DNA from: Pseudomonadota bacterium
Lineage (GTDB): Bacteria > Desulfobacterota > Desulfobulbia > Desulfobulbales > SURF-16
Assembly: GCA_018897105.1 (NCBI GenBank)
Contig: JAHILF010000031.1
Span: 7,632-71,631 of the forward strand
Reading direction: 5' to 3'
Length of the DNA stretch: 64,000 bases
Positions within the stretch are counted from its first letter, which is position 1. Each line of letters starts with the position of its first letter. Under the pieces are notes generated by a model. It saw only the letters and a program-made list of their open reading frames with translations, was not told the origin of the DNA and ran no database searches. Below, piece by piece: positions 1-9,288 of the stretch. A program made the position numbers and the translations under genes.

Positions 1-789
1 TTCGGTTGCACTGGTCGAGAAGAAGAGGTCGGCCTTGTCGCTGTTCGCCGCCTCCTTACTCTCGGTTAAGGAAGAACGTTTATAGGCGGGCACCACCTTG
101 CCGTCTGTCCGGGGAGGGATAGGGGGAAAATCGGCCGTCCTGAAGGAGGGGGTAGCCGGCGGATGAAGAGGCGTCTCCAGCAGGGGCAACACGTCGGTCT
201 TGAGATGGTCTTCCAACCTGTGGGCCGCCTTCACAAAACCTGACAAAGTTCGGATGTCATCAAGCCGGCCGCTTTGGTAAACATTGGTCTGTTTCTTGAG
301 AATGGCCTCTAGCTGGGTGCGAATGGGCACCATATGCTGCAGATATTTTTTCTTAAGGTTGGAAGCCGACTTTGCGTTTTCCGGCTGCTCTTCTCGGATC
401 TGCAGATTGGAGAGCACTCTGTCATCGAGCAGGAGAAGGGTTGCGAATTTGGCTTGCAGCTCTTTGATGCCGGGAGCAAGCGGCCTGCCGTTTTCTGCCT
501 CAGCCAGAAGATCAGCGAGGATGAGATGAATTTTTTTCAGGGTATGATTGAGCTCCCTGACCGCCTCCCTGTCGTAGTGCCGGGTATAATCTCTCAGCTT
601 TTCTATGCCCTGCTCGTTGACGGGGGAAGGCGGAGAGGCAACCCGAAATTTATCGGCCATAGCCTCGAGAGTGTTACGTTCCCTAGCCCGTGCCTGGGCC
701 AGGGCGGAGATGCTGGTAAATTGCAGGAAGAGAACAACAGCCAGAATCGCGGCACATATCCGCCGCCAGGGTTGGTGGGTGTGGCGCAT
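1..789 (-). CDS. Exported protein of unknown function, N-terminal part (runs off the window edge)
   Basis: Translated by hand: ATG at 789, open for 263 codons to position 1 (MRHTHQPWRRICAAILAVVLFLQFTSISALAQ...); Sec signal-like N-terminus. Not in the ORF track because it has no stop inside the window. Confidence 0.75.
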   Translation of the reverse strand, partial: MRHTHQPWRRICAAILAVVLFLQFTSISALAQARARERNTLEAMADKFRVASPPSPVNEQGIEKLRDYTRHYDREAVRELNHTLKKIHLILADLLAEAENGRPLAPGIKELQAKFATLLLLDDRVLSNLQIREEQPENAKSASNLKKKYLQHMVPIRTQLEAILKKQTNVYQSGRLDDIRTLSGFVKAAHRLEDHLKTDVLPLLETPLHPPATPSFRTADFPPIPPRTDGKVVPAYKRSSLTESKEAANSDKADLFFSTSATE

Positions 790-1008
790 TACTTTCAGGC
801 TCCATTCGATGGGCAAGAAGAAAAACTTACCGCCCTGTTTGCTAATAAAAAATTGATGACTCAGTACCGATTTTGCCTATCCCACACATACTAACTCACA
901 CGGGCGATGTCAACGACAAAGGAGCTGTAAAATAATAACATGGCCACTTAGCTTCCAGTGGGGACGATTGAATAATTCCACTAAGGCGGGATGCGGGATG
1001 GGCGGGAT

Positions 1009-1945
1009 GGGGTCGGACCGAATTAACTTGCTGATTTCATAGAAATAAAGCTGAAATTTGTGGTGTTTTTGAGCCTTAGAAGGAGTTTTTGTGGTGAAAA
1101 AAGGAGTTTTAACAGGCGATCACCATGCCGAGAGCTAACAGATACTTCGCTCCGGGATATGTGTGGCATATTACTCACCGTTGCCATAAGAAAGAGTTTT
1201 TGCTGAAGTTTGGGCGTGATCGGCAGGTTTGGATTCGGTGGCTCTTTGAGGCGAAAAAAAGATACGACCTTGAGGTCCTGAATTTTACGATCACCTCAAA
1301 CCACATTCATCTCTTGGTCTATGGAGGTGAAAACCGTGAAGCCATCCCCAGATCGATGCAACTGGTCGCCGGAAGGACCGCGCAAGAGTATAACCGCCGC
1401 ACACAACGAAAAGGCGCCTTCTGGGAGGATCGCTATCATGCCACGGCAATAGATACAGATGACCATCTTGTGCGGTGTCTTGTCTATATCGACCTGAATA
1501 TAGTTCGTGCAGGAGTCGTGCAGCATCCGAGTGAATGGTCGCACGGAGGATACAATGAAATTCTCAATCCTCCTGCCAGATATCGGCTCCTTGCCAGGAA
1601 TCGGTTCAAGGAATTGCTGTCCGTTAATGAAGATGCGCTTGGTTCGGTGTATTCAGGTTGGATAGAAGAGGCATTAAAGGCAAAGGCTTGCCGAGAGCCG
1701 GAATGGAGCGAGAGCGTAGCAGTCGGCGGTAAAAAGTTTGTTGAGGGAATTAAGGAAGAACTTGGTTTCAAAGCAATCGGGCGGAAAATCCAGGAAGGTT
1801 TGCTGGCCGGAACGAACACTTTGCGAGAGCCAGGCGTATCTTACAGCGTTGATTTCGGCATAGAAAATAAGGCTCTAAGCGATGATAATAGTCTGTTTTG
1901 GAGCATATTTCCCGAATTATCAGATGGTTAATTCGGTCCGACCCC
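1009..1945. mobile_element. RAYT-carrying unit bounded by perfect 19-bp inverted repeats
   Basis: GGGGTCGGACCGAATTAAC at 1009-1027 and its exact reverse complement at 1927-1945. The transposase stop codon lies inside the right repeat. Confidence 0.8.
1125..1931 (+). CDS. REP-associated tyrosine transposase (RAYT, Y1_Tnp/HUH family)
   Basis: MPRANR start, WHITHRC, HUH motif NHIHLL, FWEDRY, catalytic-Tyr region YIDLNIVRAG, HPSEW. Confidence 0.92.
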   Translation: MPRANRYFAPGYVWHITHRCHKKEFLLKFGRDRQVWIRWLFEAKKRYDLEVLNFTITSNHIHLLVYGGENREAIPRSMQLVAGRTAQEYNRRTQRKGAFWEDRYHATAIDTDDHLVRCLVYIDLNIVRAGVVQHPSEWSHGGYNEILNPPARYRLLARNRFKELLSVNEDALGSVYSGWIEEALKAKACREPEWSESVAVGGKKFVEGIKEELGFKAIGRKIQEGLLAGTNTLREPGVSYSVDFGIENKALSDDNSLFWSIFPELSDG

Positions 1946-1960
1946 GACCAGGGACCAGGC

Positions 1961-2593
1961 GACCACACCCTGGTCCGCGCCCTGGCCCGTCTCGATAACG
2001 ACCAGCGGCCCCGTACTCTGATCAGTTCCTCGGCCATCGGTTATTACGGCTCGCGGGGGGAGGAAATGCTGACGGAATCGTCACTGCCGGGCAGCGATTT
2101 TCTGGCCACGGTCTGCCGGCGCTGGGAGGAAGAGGCCATGAAGGCCGAGGAACCGGGCATCCGCGTGGTCACGGTACGCACCGGGGTGGTGCTGGGCAAA
2201 GACGGCGGCGCCCTGGAGAAGATGCTCACCCCTTTCAAACTCGGGCTCGGCGGCCGGCTCGGTAACGGCAGGCAGTATATGTCCTGGATCCATATTGACG
2301 ACCTGATCGGCCTCATGCTCCATGCGGCGCAGAATCCGGAGGTGCGCGGGCCGCTAAACGGCGTGACGCCCAATGCAGTGACCAACCGGGAATTCACCGC
2401 AGCCCTGGCGTCCGCCCTGCACCGGCCGGCCATCCTGCCGGTGCCCGGCTGCGTGCTCAACGCTGCTCTCGGAGAATTTGCCGCCGTGCTGCTCGGCTCA
2501 CAACGGGTCAGGCCGGACAAGGCCATCGACACAGGCTACAAATTCATCTATCCCCTGCTCCAGGGCGCCCTGCAGGCGGCGATCAAGGGTTGA
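1961..2593 (+). pseudogene. TIGR01777-family NAD-dependent epimerase, 5'-truncated
   Basis: SSSAIGYYG, DFLATVCRRWE, RTGVVLG, GNGRQYMSWIHIDD and SQRVRP are present. The N-terminal Rossmann part is absent and the sequence starts right after the RAYT repeat. Confidence 0.8.
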
Positions 2594-2608
2594 CAGGAGG
2601 AAGGAACC

Positions 2609-3127
2609 ATGCGTATCTGGGACATTGATCCGGGCTATCTGAACCGGCAGAGTCTGCTGGGTGAGCACAGGGAGCTGCACGCCATCTTCGTGGTGCTGAC
2701 CCAGCACAGAAAGGGCTATGCCGCCCATCCGGAAACCAGGCGCTGGCAAGGCCATCTTGCCGCCCTTGCCAAACGTCACGACCTGCTGGTGGAGGAGATG
2801 CGGTTAAGAGGATACAAGCATCACAGCCCGCTGCCGACGGTCCCCGGCGAAACCGTCTGGCCGAAGACCTTTATCGACCCTCCCCATGCCCAGTTTGCCA
2901 TCCTGCAGGAGAAGTACCGAACCAAGGAATCCGGCCGCATTCCTTTGCCCTCCTCGGCCAGAGAGCTGTGGGCCCAGCATAAATATTCCGTGCTGGCCCG
3001 TGACCCGGGGCTTTACCAAATTATCGGCCCCTGGCTGGCAGCCGCAGATGATCCGCGCCGCTTTAATGCCGTCTGCTGCCGGAACCCTCGCCGGCAGCAG
3101 CCGGCCCACAGGCGAAATGTTTACTGA
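2609..3127 (+). CDS. Pyrimidine-dimer DNA glycosylase/endonuclease V-like protein; DUF1722-like C-terminus probably truncated
   Basis: MRIWD...LLGEHRELH, HPETRRW, EMRLRGY, LWAQHKYSVLAR; RBS AGGAGG. The end overlaps the convergent gene. Confidence 0.7.
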   Translation: MRIWDIDPGYLNRQSLLGEHRELHAIFVVLTQHRKGYAAHPETRRWQGHLAALAKRHDLLVEEMRLRGYKHHSPLPTVPGETVWPKTFIDPPHAQFAILQEKYRTKESGRIPLPSSARELWAQHKYSVLARDPGLYQIIGPWLAAADDPRRFNAVCCRNPRRQQPAHRRNVY

Positions 3128-3755
3128 TGGCCAGGCAGGCGGCTTCGAGGACTGCTTGAGCCGGCTGCTCCGCCTCCAGAACAACGGCGGGCACGCCGAT
3201 TTCCGCCAGGTAGTCGAGAAAACGGAGATATTCCAGGGCAACCCGCTCAAGCAGATGCGGTCTTTCGTGAAAGGCGCGCAGCCGGCGCGTCTGCCTCAGC
3301 TTCCCCTGAATACGCTTATCAGCCACGGCCGCCGGCAGACGAAGATAGAGATACATGTCCGCCAGGCTGCGTCGGGTCAGGGTCAGGAATATCGCCACCC
3401 GGCGCCGGGGGGTGATGGAGCGGAGGGCGGGAAGGTGGGCGGTGGGCAAGGCACAGTAATCGATGACGCTGTCACGGTCTTCCAGGCAGATGTCCGGCCG
3501 GTACCGTTTGAGCAGGCCCGGCAGCCGCTGCAGAATCCAGTGCCGTTGCAGATTCCGGAAGCTGTGCTGCAGCGGATGGGCGGTCTCCGGCAGGGGACCG
3601 AGGAGATCCAGCCGCTCACCCCCCCTGGCACGGAAGGTGACACGCTGGCCAATGCTCATGACGCTGCAGGAAGCCGCAAGCCGCTGCTCAAGCCCTGCCA
3701 CGAGAGTGCTCTTGCCGCTGCCGTCAATGCCCAGGATGCCGACCCGAAACGTCAT
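3063..3755 (-). CDS. Thymidylate-kinase-like P-loop protein
   Basis: Walker A GIDGSGKST near the N-terminus and a later EDRD (DR) motif; ATG 20 bp downstream of the ATPase stop. Confidence 0.55.
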   Translation of the reverse strand: MTFRVGILGIDGSGKSTLVAGLEQRLAASCSVMSIGQRVTFRARGGERLDLLGPLPETAHPLQHSFRNLQRHWILQRLPGLLKRYRPDICLEDRDSVIDYCALPTAHLPALRSITPRRRVAIFLTLTRRSLADMYLYLRLPAAVADKRIQGKLRQTRRLRAFHERPHLLERVALEYLRFLDYLAEIGVPAVVLEAEQPAQAVLEAACLAISKHFACGPAAAGEGSGSRRH

Positions 3756-3774
3756 TGGCGCCGCCGCGATGGGC

Positions 3775-6489
3775 TTATTGCCCGGCCGCTCTCTGCCATA
3801 ACCTTTTCTCCACTTCGACAATGATATAGGTCAGCAGACCGGCGGCCAGGATCTTGCCCCAGGCGACCAAGCCGATGGGCTCACTCTGGAAAAGACGGTT
3901 CATGACCGGCAGATAGGTATAGAGAATCTGCAGAATCAGCATGGCGGCGGCGCCGCCGAAGACCCACATATTCGAGAAAAGTCCGAGCTGAAAAATGGAT
4001 TTGCTCAACGAACGGCAGTTGAACAGATAAAAGAGTTCGATGATGACAAAGACATTGACCGCCACCGTACGCGCCTGGTTGACAGTGGCGCCTGCCGCCA
4101 GTTCCCACTGAAAAAGCCCGAAAGCGCCGATGAGCAGAAGCGTGCCGACCAGGAAAATGCGAAAATTCAACGTCCGGGTGAGGATGGGTGTGGCAGGGTC
4201 CCGGGGCGGACGCTGCATGATACCGGGCTCCTTGGGCTCGAAGGCCAGCATCAGACCGAGAAAGCCCGCGGTTGTCATGTTGATCCACAGGATCTGCACG
4301 GGCAGAATGGGCAGCATGACCCCCAGAAAGATGGCGACCAGGATCACCAGTCCTTCGCCCAGATTGGTGGGCAGAGTCCAGACGATAAATTTTGTCAGGT
4401 TGTCAAAAACGCCGCGCCCTTCCTCAACCGCCGCCTCGATGGAGCTGAAGTTATCGTCGATGAGCACCATGTCCGCCGCCTCCTTGGCCACCTCCGTGCC
4501 GGTGATGCCCATGGCCACGCCGATATTCGCCCTTTTCAGGGCCGGGGCGTCATTCACCCCGTCGCCGGTCATGGCCACCACATGTCCCCTGGACTGCAGC
4601 GCTTCAACCAGCCGGAGTTTCTGTTCCGGTGTTGCCCTGGCGAACACCGCGGTCTTGTCAACCGCCTCAACCAATTCAAGGTCGGATAAATCCGCCAGTT
4701 CCCGGCCGGTAAGCACGGGAACCATGTCCGTCGCTCCGGCGCCGGCAAGGCCAACCTGCCGGGCGATGGCCGCCGCGGTCAGCGGATGGTCGCCGGTGAT
4801 CATCTTGACCTGCACCCCGGCATCCTGGCAGATTTTCACCGCTGACACCGCGGCGGCCCTGGGGGGATCGATCATGCCCTGCAGACCGATAAAGGTCAGG
4901 TCCGAGGCCACATCTTCATGGCTTATCCCCCTGCCGTTTTCCGGCAACTCCTTTCTGGCAAAGGCAAGCACCCGCTGGCCTCCAGAGGTCAGCTCTTCTA
5001 TCTGCTGCAGGATCTCATCCATGCGCAACTCAACCTGATTGCCGCCTGCATCCAGCCGGGTGGCGCATTTTTTCAGCAGCGCCTCCACCGCCCCCTTGAG
5101 ATAAATCGTGCTCGGCCTGCCGCTGCCGGCCTCCTGCAGGGTGGCCATGTACTGGTAGTCGGATTCAAAGGGGATGGCGTCGATGCGGGGCGTTTCCGCC
5201 AGCAGCCGGGCCGGGTCGTGCCCCCCCTTCAGGGCGCTGACCAGCAATGCCCCTTCAGTGGGATCGCCATGCACCTGCCAGACCCCCTCTTTTTCCGCCA
5301 GCACGCTGTCATTGCACAGGGCCCCGGCCCGCAGGCATTCCGCCAGGGCGGGAAAATCCGAGCTGCTCACCATCCGGCCGTCCTGTTCAATCTGCCCGGC
5401 CGACGGATTGTAGCCTGCACCGGTTATCCCGTAGCGGATGCCGCCGGCCACGATCTCCTTGACCGTCATCTGGTTTTCGGTCAGGGTGCCGGTTTTGTCC
5501 GTGCAGATCACCGTGGTGCTGCCCAGGGTCTCCACCGCCGGCAATTTACGGATAATGGCATGCCGCTTCGCCATCCGTGACACGCCGATGGCCAGGGTGA
5601 CGGTCACCGCCGCCGGCAGCCCCTCGGGGATCGCCCCCACCGCCAAGGCGACAGCGGCCATGAACATGTCAAAAAGGGATTGTCCGCGGACCATGCCCAC
5701 CAGCACGGTCACCGCCGCCAGGCCAAGGATGGCGTAGAGCAGGATGTTGCTGAAATGGGCGATCTTGCGGGTCAGCGGCGTCTCCAGCTCCTTGGCGGTG
5801 GAGATCAGCTGGGAGATGCGTCCCACCTCGGTTTGATCGCCGGTGGCGGCGACGATGCCCATTCCCTGGCCGTAGGTTGCCAGGGTTGAGGCGTAGGCCA
5901 TGTTGCCGCGGTCGGCCAGCACCGTATCATGGGCCAGCTGTCCGCCGGTCTTGACAACCGGCAGGGATTCCCCGGTCAGGGCGGATTCGTCGACCTGCAG
6001 CTCACGCACCTGCAGGAGCCGCATGTCGGCCGGCACCTTGTCGCCTCCCTGGAGAAAAACAATATCCCCCACCACCAGTTCGGTGGCGGAAATGCGTTTT
6101 TTCTCGCCCTGCCGCAGCACCGTGGCCTCGGTGGTCATGGTCCGGGCCAGGGCTGCCAGGGCGTTGACCGCCTTGGACTCCTGAATGAAGCCGATGATGG
6201 CGTTGGCCAGCACCACGCCGAAGATGACCCCGGAGTCCACCCACTCCCGCAGCCCTGCCGTGATGACGCCGGAGACGATCAGAATATAGATCAGCGGCTG
6301 ATGGAACTGGAGCAGAAACCGCAGGAGCGGTCCTTTCCCTTTGCCGGGGGTAATCGTGTTAGGCCCGAAATGTTCGAAGCGGTGTTTGACCTCGAACAGA
6401 TCAAGACCTTTCGCCGTATCGCTTTCCAGCAGATCAACCACCTCGTCCGCCGGCAGATGATGCCAGTGTTTGCTTATCAAATTGTCCAT
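3775..6489 (-). CDS. Cation-transporting P-type ATPase (type IIA/PMA1-like)
   Basis: TGES, PEGL, DKTGT, KGA, DPPR, MITGD and TGDGVND motifs; multiple TM segments. Confidence 0.95.
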   Translation of the reverse strand: MDNLISKHWHHLPADEVVDLLESDTAKGLDLFEVKHRFEHFGPNTITPGKGKGPLLRFLLQFHQPLIYILIVSGVITAGLREWVDSGVIFGVVLANAIIGFIQESKAVNALAALARTMTTEATVLRQGEKKRISATELVVGDIVFLQGGDKVPADMRLLQVRELQVDESALTGESLPVVKTGGQLAHDTVLADRGNMAYASTLATYGQGMGIVAATGDQTEVGRISQLISTAKELETPLTRKIAHFSNILLYAILGLAAVTVLVGMVRGQSLFDMFMAAVALAVGAIPEGLPAAVTVTLAIGVSRMAKRHAIIRKLPAVETLGSTTVICTDKTGTLTENQMTVKEIVAGGIRYGITGAGYNPSAGQIEQDGRMVSSSDFPALAECLRAGALCNDSVLAEKEGVWQVHGDPTEGALLVSALKGGHDPARLLAETPRIDAIPFESDYQYMATLQEAGSGRPSTIYLKGAVEALLKKCATRLDAGGNQVELRMDEILQQIEELTSGGQRVLAFARKELPENGRGISHEDVASDLTFIGLQGMIDPPRAAAVSAVKICQDAGVQVKMITGDHPLTAAAIARQVGLAGAGATDMVPVLTGRELADLSDLELVEAVDKTAVFARATPEQKLRLVEALQSRGHVVAMTGDGVNDAPALKRANIGVAMGITGTEVAKEAADMVLIDDNFSSIEAAVEEGRGVFDNLTKFIVWTLPTNLGEGLVILVAIFLGVMLPILPVQILWINMTTAGFLGLMLAFEPKEPGIMQRPPRDPATPILTRTLNFRIFLVGTLLLIGAFGLFQWELAAGATVNQARTVAVNVFVIIELFYLFNCRSLSKSIFQLGLFSNMWVFGGAAAMLILQILYTYLPVMNRLFQSEPIGLVAWGKILAAGLLTYIIVEVEKRLWQRAAGQ

Positions 6490-6785
6490 AAAACCCTCTG
6501 TAAAGATCTCAGTTCCCCTGACTTTGAGGAATGAATAGTATTTTCAGTTATCCGCAGCTTGATTCCAGAAAATCCGGGGGACAGGCGGCCGGAGAAGGGG
6601 AACCAGGCCGGAAAGCTTCCCCGTTTGCCTGGCCCGGAGCACCGCCGCAAAAATGCAGACGCCATCTTTTTGCAGTTTAAACCTAATTAATGCTTGAAGG
6701 CTACCGCATAACAGGTCATAATTCAACATCAAAACCTTTTCCCCCATTAACAACAGACGTCCTGGCCGCGCCTCCCGCAACCCCT

Positions 6786-7928
6786 ATGTCTCCTAAAACA
6801 GCACAAAAAATAGTCCTGCTACTCTGCGTCCTGGGCATCTCAGCGCTCTTTCTGGCCATGACCCGCCAGTTCCTCATGGCCATCTTCATGGCCGGGCTCT
6901 TTTCCGCCCTGACCAATCCACTCTACCAGCGTCTCCTTGTGCGCTGCCGGGGGAGACAAACCCTTGCCTCCCTCCTCACCATCATGTTTGTCGTCTGCCT
7001 CATCCTTATCCCGTTCACCGGCCTGATCGGCGTGGTTGTCGCCCAGGCCATCAATGTCAGCCAGTCCGTCACCCCCTGGGTCCAGTCCTTTCTCGCCCAA
7101 CCCACCGCCTTTTCCGACTACCAGCACAGGATCCCCTACTACGAGCAGCTCCTGCCCTACCGGGATGTGATCATCCAGAAGCTCGGCATGCTGGTCGGCA
7201 ACGCCTCGACCCTGCTGATCGATTCCCTTTCCTCCGTGACCAAGATGACGGTCAATGCCGCCCTGATGTCGATCATCATGCTCTATACCATGTTTTATTT
7301 CCTCATTGACGGCCACAAACTGCTAGACAGAATTCTCTACTACCTGCCCCTGGAGGACCGGGATGAACAGCTGCTGCTGCAGCGCTTCACCTCGGTCACC
7401 AGGGCCACCATCAAGGGGACCCTGATCATCGGCATCATCCAGGGCAGCCTCTGCGGCCTGGGGTTTGCACTGGCCGGCATCCAGAGCCCGGTCTTCTGGG
7501 GCACCCTCATGGCCGTTCTCTCCATTATCCCCAGCGTGGGCACGGCCATCATCTGGTTTCCGGCGCTCCTCATTCTCCTGCTGCTGCAGGATATCACCGG
7601 CGCCATCATCCTCGGCGTGACCTGCGGACTCATTGCCGGCAATGCGGACAATCTCATCCGGCCACGGCTGGTGGGCAAGGATACCAAGATGCATGACCTC
7701 TTTGTCCTCTTCAGCACCCTGGGCGGCATCTCCATGTTCGGCATCATCGGTATCATGATCGGTCCGATCCTGGCAGCGCTGTTTGTGACCATCTGGGAGA
7801 TCTACGGGGAATCCTTCCAGGAGTTTCTGCCCGAGGTGGCCTCATCACGAGCGAAACCGGCGGATGACTCCCCCGCTGTCCCGCCCGCTAAACCGCCGCC
7901 CGGCGTCGGGAAAAAGAAAAAAAAGTAG
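6786..7928 (+). CDS. AI-2E family transporter
   Basis: Multi-TM protein with FYFLIDG, IPSVGT, DNLIRPRLVG and FGIIGIMIGP motifs. Confidence 0.9.
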   Translation: MSPKTAQKIVLLLCVLGISALFLAMTRQFLMAIFMAGLFSALTNPLYQRLLVRCRGRQTLASLLTIMFVVCLILIPFTGLIGVVVAQAINVSQSVTPWVQSFLAQPTAFSDYQHRIPYYEQLLPYRDVIIQKLGMLVGNASTLLIDSLSSVTKMTVNAALMSIIMLYTMFYFLIDGHKLLDRILYYLPLEDRDEQLLLQRFTSVTRATIKGTLIIGIIQGSLCGLGFALAGIQSPVFWGTLMAVLSIIPSVGTAIIWFPALLILLLLQDITGAIILGVTCGLIAGNADNLIRPRLVGKDTKMHDLFVLFSTLGGISMFGIIGIMIGPILAALFVTIWEIYGESFQEFLPEVASSRAKPADDSPAVPPAKPPPGVGKKKKK

Positions 7929-8089
7929 ACCCTGCCGGACACAGGCGCTTCACCCGGAACCTGGCGCAAAAATATTGCCTGAATTCGCAGCGGAGCGGTA
8001 TAATAGTTTCCGGAAAGCCGATAAAGGAAAAAGTGCCCCGGCGGACCATGGCCGGGGCGGAAGCGGAACCTATCATACGGAGAAAGAAC

Positions 8090-8587
8090 ATGCGGAAAAA
8101 TCGAATTCTGGCCCTGGCTCTGGCGGCAATCCTGGCCTCCACGGCGCCTGCCCTGGCGGAGAAGCCGTCATGGGCCGGCAATGACAAAAAGGACAAGCAC
8201 GAACAGGGTAAAAAACACGAAAGCGGCAAAAAGGAAAGCCATAAGGGCCATGACGATTATGGAGGCGGCACCCACATCTACTTCGGCGACCAGCACCGGA
8301 CCGTCATCCGCAGCTACTATAGCGAGCAGTACCGCTCCGGCCACTGCCCGCCGGGCCTGGCCAAGAAGAACAACGGCTGCATGCCGCCGGGCCAGGCCAG
8401 AAAGTGGGCCATGGGCCGCCCGCTGCCCCCGGAAGTCGTCTACTATGATCTGCCGCCCGAGATCATTGTCCAGCTTGGCGCACCGCCGCCCAACCACCGC
8501 TTCGTCCGCGTGGCGGGCGACATCCTGATGATCGCCGTGGGGACCGGCATGGTGGTTGATGCCATCCAGGACCTGAGCAATTACTGA
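8090..8587 (+). CDS. RcnB-like periplasmic protein
   Basis: Signal peptide, Lys/His-rich linker, CPPGLAKKNNGCMPPGQA motif and RcnB-like tail (LGAPPPNHRFVRVAGDILM). Confidence 0.8.
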   Translation: MRKNRILALALAAILASTAPALAEKPSWAGNDKKDKHEQGKKHESGKKESHKGHDDYGGGTHIYFGDQHRTVIRSYYSEQYRSGHCPPGLAKKNNGCMPPGQARKWAMGRPLPPEVVYYDLPPEIIVQLGAPPPNHRFVRVAGDILMIAVGTGMVVDAIQDLSNY

Positions 8588-8590
8588 GGA

Positions 8591-8692
8591 AAGTGAGAAG
8601 TAAGAAGTGAAAAAAAGGCGGAAGACAGGCTAAAGAATCAAACTTCTGTCTCCTCTCTTCTGCCTTTTGCCTTTTCACTTCTCACTTCTCAC
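8591..8692. terminator. Heptad-repeat hairpin between convergent genes, likely bidirectional terminator
   Basis: GTGAGAAGTAAGAAGTGAAAA on the left pairs with TTTTCACTTCTCACTTCTCAC on the right. Confidence 0.55.
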
Positions 8693-9288
8693 CCCTGTCT
8701 CCTCACTTCTGTCACCGCCAGATCCGCCAGGATCCAGTCCACCGCCTCCTGCAGGTTCTCGGCCACATAATGGGGCTGGATCTGCTGCCGCGGGCCGATG
8801 TACTCATAATCCCCCCGGCCATAACCGGTGAGCACCAGAATGCCCCTGGCCCCGCAGCTGGCCGCGGCCTTGAGATCCGACCAGCGGTCCCCCACCACGT
8901 AGGAATTGGCCAGATCAAGCCCAAGGTCGCGGGCGGCCCGGACAAAGAGACCGTTCTTGGGTTTGCGGCAATCGCAGTCCATCCGGAACTTCGCCTCCTT
9001 GGCCTCGGGATGGTGGGGGCAGACATAAATGCCGTCAACATGGGCATTGTCCTCAGCCAGCAGCAGCTCCATCTTGCGATGAACCTCCTCCAGCAGACTT
9101 TCCGGGAAATAGCCCCTGGCAAGGCCTGACTGGTTGGTGACCACCACCACGGGAATGCCGGCAATGTTGAGCCGGCGAATGGCATCCGTCACCCCGTCCA
9201 GCAGATGAAAACGGTCGATATGGTTGATGTAGCCCATCTGTTCATTGATGGTGCCGTCCCTGTCCAGAAATACCGCAGGTTTCATCAC
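8689..9288 (-). CDS. gmhB: D,D-heptose 1,7-bisphosphate phosphatase (HAD IIIA)
   Basis: FLDRDGTIN, TNQSG, CPHHP, CRKP and GDRWSD motifs. Confidence 0.92.
   Translation of the reverse strand: MMKPAVFLDRDGTINEQMGYINHIDRFHLLDGVTDAIRRLNIAGIPVVVVTNQSGLARGYFPESLLEEVHRKMELLLAEDNAHVDGIYVCPHHPEAKEAKFRMDCDCRKPKNGLFVRAARDLGLDLANSYVVGDRWSDLKAAASCGARGILVLTGYGRGDYEYIGPRQQIQPHYVAENLQEAVDWILADLAVTEVRRQG

Noticed and set aside
284-894. Plus-strand ORFs 284-529, 334-894 and 605-856
   Set aside because: Shadows of the minus-strand ORF starting at 789; no recognisable motifs.
800-900. Possible c-di-GMP riboswitch upstream of the exported protein
   Set aside because: Only a GGCAAA fragment matches; the GEMM stems and tetraloop/receptor were not found.
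1898-1960. N-terminus of the 231-aa ORF
   Set aside because: Read-through from the RAYT end and stutter repeats, not epimerase sequence.
7998-8024. sigma28-like GCCGATAA upstream of the RcnB-like gene
   Set aside because: No TAAA -35 at the proper spacing.
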